A stretch of 64,000 bases of DNA from Bacillota bacterium (GTDB lineage: Bacteria > Bacillota > Dehalobacteriia > UBA4068 > UBA4997). The position numbers were made by a program, and so were the translations under genes. The notes below the pieces were generated by a model. It had not been told where the DNA came from, did no database searches, and saw nothing but the letters and a program-made list of their open reading frames with translations. The DNA lies in NCBI GenBank assembly GCA_017397935.1, contig JAFQHN010000018.1:5101-69100 (forward strand), read 5' to 3'. Of the stretch, positions 61,095-64,000 are shown one piece after another; position 1 is the stretch's first letter; each line of letters starts with the position of its first letter.

Positions 61095-61292
61095 TTACAC
61101 ATAATCCTCCTGCTCTCCCCGCCGCCAGGTCAGCCACGCATCCAGCACCCAACAGGCCGGCACCGCCCACAGCAGCAGCGATAACACACCCACCGCCGCC
61201 ACAGGCCCGCCCACCGCACAGCAGATAAGCGAGGGCAGCAGCCAGATCACCCCCAATATCAGTACAGCCAGCAACCGCAGCACCGCCAACAT
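61095..61292 (-). CDS. possible small membrane protein (65 aa)
   Basis: Hydrophobic ORF MLAVLRLLAVLILGVIWLLPSLICCAVGG.... The track version overlaps the desulfurase start by 26 nt, so an internal Met is used. No family recognised. Confidence 0.3.
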   Translation of the reverse strand: MLAVLRLLAVLILGVIWLLPSLICCAVGGPVAAVGVLSLLLWAVPACWVLDAWLTWRRGEQEDYV

Positions 61293-61305
61293 ACCGCCGC
61301 CCCCT

Positions 61306-62469
61306 TTATTCCGCCCCATCATCCGCCGCATTTTCCGCCTGCCGCAGCCACTTCACCTGCTCGGCCACAATCTGCGCCGCCCGTTTGGCCTCCTGCACCG
61401 TGTTCTCCCAGCCAAAAGTCAGCCGCAGGGCACTCCTCAGCCGCCAATCCTCCGCCTGCATGGCCTGCAAAACATGAGATGGCTCTGTCCGTCCGCTGCT
61501 GCACGCCGAGGCCGCGCTGGCCGCCACCCCTGCCATATCCAACAGCAGCAGCAGCGCCGCCCCGTCCACCCCACGGAAGCTTAAATGCAGATTCCCCGGC
61601 AGCCGCGCCTGGTCATCCCACGCCCCGTTGATGACCCAGCCGTCCAGCAGCCTGCCAAGCTCAGCCACAAAGCAATCCCGTGCCCGTTTGGCCTCATCCG
61701 CCTGCCGCCGCCAACGCTTGCGTGTCAGCTCCGCCGCCTGCCCCAGCCCGATGATTCCCGGCATATTTTCGGTGCCGCTGCGCAGGCCTCTCTCCTGGCC
61801 GCCGCCCAAAATTATCGGTTCAATATCCACGCCGTGCCGCACATACAGCGCCCCCACGCCCTTGGGCCCATTTATCTTATGGCCGGATACGGTCAGCATA
61901 TCAACCCCCAGCGCCGCCACATCCACCGCAATTTTGCCCACCGTCTGCACCGCGTCGGTATGCAGCAGCACCCCACGGCCGGCCAGCATTTTCCCAATCT
62001 CGGCCACCGGCATGATGGTGCCCACCTCATTGTTGGCGTGCATAACACTTACCAGCAAGGTATCAGGGCGCAGCGCCTCGGCCACCTGCCCCACCGTTAT
62101 CCTGCCCTCCCCATCCGGCGGCAGATAAGTTACGGCAAAGCCCCTCTCCTGCAAACGGCGGCAGCAATTCAACACCGCTGCGTGCTCAACGGCCGTGGTA
62201 ATAATGTGCCCCCGCGCAAACCGCCCGGCTACCCCCATAATCGCCAGATTATCCGCCTCGGTCCCGCCACCGGTAAAATATATCTCATCGGCACGGGCAT
62301 TTATCAGCGCACCCACCTGCTCCCGTGCCTCGTTCATCGCCGCATAGGCGTCGCGCCCAAAGCTGTGGATACCGCCGGGGTTGCCCCAATTATCCCGCAT
62401 ACAGGCCGCCATCGCCGCCCCCACCTCGGCATAAGGCCTGGTGGTTGCGCTGTTGTCCAAGTAAATCCG
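61306..62469 (-). CDS. cysteine desulfurase (second NifS/IscS paralogue)
   Basis: Translation MRIYLDNSATT..., PLP lysine SGHKINGPKG, active-site SSGRTEPS variant. Start with a CAGGGAGG Shine-Dalgarno sequence. Confidence 0.85.
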   Translation of the reverse strand, partial: RIYLDNSATTRPYAEVGAAMAACMRDNWGNPGGIHSFGRDAYAAMNEAREQVGALINARADEIYFTGGGTEADNLAIMGVAGRFARGHIITTAVEHAAVLNCCRRLQERGFAVTYLPPDGEGRITVGQVAEALRPDTLLVSVMHANNEVGTIMPVAEIGKMLAGRGVLLHTDAVQTVGKIAVDVAALGVDMLTVSGHKINGPKGVGALYVRHGVDIEPIILGGGQERGLRSGTENMPGIIGLGQAAELTRKRWRRQADEAKRARDCFVAELGRLLDGWVINGAWDDQARLPGNLHLSFRGVDGAALLLLLDMAGVAASAASACSSGRTEPSHVLQAMQAEDWRLRSALRLTFGWENTVQEAKRAAQIVAEQVKWLRQAENAADDGAE

Positions 62470-62623
62470 CATGACGCACCTCCCTGTTTTATCGCCCAAA
62501 ATCAGCCTTTATTGCAGGTTATGCGACGGCGGCAGGGTTGGTTAAAATAAACATAAAAAACCGCCCTGGCAGCCGTTGCGGTCTCCAAGACGGTTTTTAT
62601 ATGCAGTTTTGCCGGCCCTCAGA

Positions 62624-63004
62624 TTATCTGATGTCGCCGTGTTTTTCCGAGAAAGTCTCGGTAACTTTGTTCTCGCCATCTACCATAACCACAGTAGGCT
62701 GGAAGGTTTTAGCTTCCTCGTCAGACATATTGGCGTAAGTAATAATAATGGCAATATCGCCGGGCTGCACCAATCTGGCGGCAGAACCGTTAAGGCAAAT
62801 CACGCCGCTGCCGGCCGGGCCGGGAATGGCATAAGTTACCAGACGGGAACCATTATTGTTATCCACAACATGCACCTGCTCATTGGGCAGAATATTTGCT
62901 GCCGCCATCAAATCAGAGTCAATGGTGATGCTGCCAACATAGTTCAGGTTGGCCTGAGTGATGGTTACACGATGCAGCTTGGATTTCATCATGGTAAGAA
63001 TCAT
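62624..63004 (-). CDS. panD: aspartate 1-decarboxylase
   Basis: Translation [25 protein letters not shown] (Gly-Ser self-cleavage site), [15 protein letters not shown]. Confidence 0.9.
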   Translation of the reverse strand: MILTMMKSKLHRVTITQANLNYVGSITIDSDLMAAANILPNEQVHVVDNNNGSRLVTYAIPGPAGSGVICLNGSAARLVQPGDIAIIITYANMSDEEAKTFQPTVVMVDGENKVTETFSEKHGDIR

Positions 63005-63159
63005 AAAAATTTAGACCTCCGTGCATTACGCTTGTGCGCTGAAAAACCGGCTGAGTTACAGAATTCATCAGCCGTACACTTTACAATACATAATAGTATA
63101 CACTTTTTTGCAGGAATTGCAAGGTTTTTTTGATGATTTCGGCAATTTATTTCTCAAAT

Positions 63160-63684
63160 TTATTTGTTAATTACGCTGACCTGCAAGCCGCCCAGCACCG
63201 AGAGTGTCTGTTCGTGCAGCAGCGGGTCAAAAGAAGCGGTGGCTTTGGCGTCCACAATAATTTCGGCCTCCGGCTGGGCAGTTTTGGCCAATATCGCGTT
63301 AGAAAGCACACAGATATTGCTCACCAAACCGCACAGCTCAATCTGCTGATAATTACACCCGCGCAGATAATCAAACAACTGCGCCGAGCCAAAAACCGGC
63401 TTTTCAAAGGCACGGCAGTCTTCCAGCAGGCGTCCGGTCTGCCCGTACACCCGCCAGCCCTCGCTCTCTCGCAGACAATGCGGCACCGGCAGGTTTTTAC
63501 CCTCCTGCGTTTGCAGATAATCCTCGCCGTGAGTGTCCAGCGTCAGCATAACATCATCACCCGCCGCCAGATACGCCTGTACCTTGGCCGCAATCACATC
63601 GTCCAACAGCTCGGCACCGGCAAAACCCAGCGCACCGTCCACAAAATCCTTCTGGTAATCCACCACTACCAACAGTTTCTTCAT
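63160..63684 (-). CDS. isochorismatase-family cysteine hydrolase
   Basis: Translation MKKLLVVVDYQKDF (Asp), ...K..., LCGLVSNICV (catalytic Cys). The track's first ATG is inside the GGAGGA Shine-Dalgarno sequence. Confidence 0.75.
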   Translation of the reverse strand: MKKLLVVVDYQKDFVDGALGFAGAELLDDVIAAKVQAYLAAGDDVMLTLDTHGEDYLQTQEGKNLPVPHCLRESEGWRVYGQTGRLLEDCRAFEKPVFGSAQLFDYLRGCNYQQIELCGLVSNICVLSNAILAKTAQPEAEIIVDAKATASFDPLLHEQTLSVLGGLQVSVINK

Positions 63685-63709
63685 ATTATCCTCCACTTTC
63701 GGCTTAAAT

Positions 63710-64000
63710 TCACGCTTCTCCGCCCAGCAAAATATTGTCGATCAGACGGGTTGTCTTAAAGCGCACCGCCAATGCCAGCATAACCTCATCTTCCAGCTTG
63801 CCAACCGGCTGCATAGTCAATGCGTCCACGATCTCCACATATTCAATTTCGGCCAGGGGTGCCGTTTCGATATGCGCACGCACCGCCGCCTTGATCATGC
63901 TGGCATCACGCTGCCCCTCATCATACAGGCGTTTGGCCACCTGCAAACTCTGGCTCAGCACCAGGGCCTGCTTGCGGCATTCCTCGTCCAAATACACATT
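63710..64000 (-). CDS. panC: pantoate--beta-alanine ligase, C-terminal part (N-terminus beyond window)
   Basis: PanC C-terminus ...IEYVEIVDALTMQPV...LALAVRFKTTRLIDN. Confidence 0.8.
   Translation of the reverse strand, partial: NVYLDEECRKQALVLSQSLQVAKRLYDEGQRDASMIKAAVRAHIETAPLAEIEYVEIVDALTMQPVGKLEDEVMLALAVRFKTTRLIDNILLGGEA

Overview
High-GC (about 60%) Firmicutes/Clostridia-type chromosomal window, probably a spore-forming anaerobe. Evidence for that: SpoIIR, YlmC/YmxH, GerM-like and SLH proteins, anaerobic ribonucleotide reductase NrdDG, ThyX, and an rnr-smpB-ssrA module. Most of the window is densely packed housekeeping genes. These include mtaB-rsmE, rpsF-ssb-rpsR, the cysS-mrnC-thyX-rlmB string, rnr-smpB-tmRNA, nifS-thiI, ksgA, rmuC, panB, xpt plus a BMP-family nucleoside ABC transporter, gyrB-gyrA, an FMN-riboswitch-controlled ribDE(BA)H operon ending in a HAD hydrolase, pyrB, ileS, yggS-sepF-yggT, nrdD-nrdG with a convergent nrdR, spoIIR, a second cysteine desulfurase, panD and panC. 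The most unusual locus is nrdDG. The large NrdD ORF ends after its zinc ribbon, and the glycyl-radical tail is carried by a separate 55-codon ORF. That ORF has its own Shine-Dalgarno sequence, its stop overlaps the nrdG start, and it falls below the ORF-track size cutoff. Three AT-richer segments look horizontally acquired or accessory. They are the 44.6-50.2 kb segment (membrane-embedded LuxR-type regulator, zinc-ribbon-AIM24/TIGR00266 protein, SLH-domain protein, lipoproteins), the 13.7-14.7 kb segment next to the tmRNA gene, and the 2.0-3.4 kb segment. I found no transposase, integrase, CRISPR array or toxin-antitoxin pair. Several long ORFs in the track are antisense shadows of real genes, as expected in high-GC DNA, and are not called. 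Start codons were re-picked by reading Shine-Dalgarno context and in many cases differ from the track.
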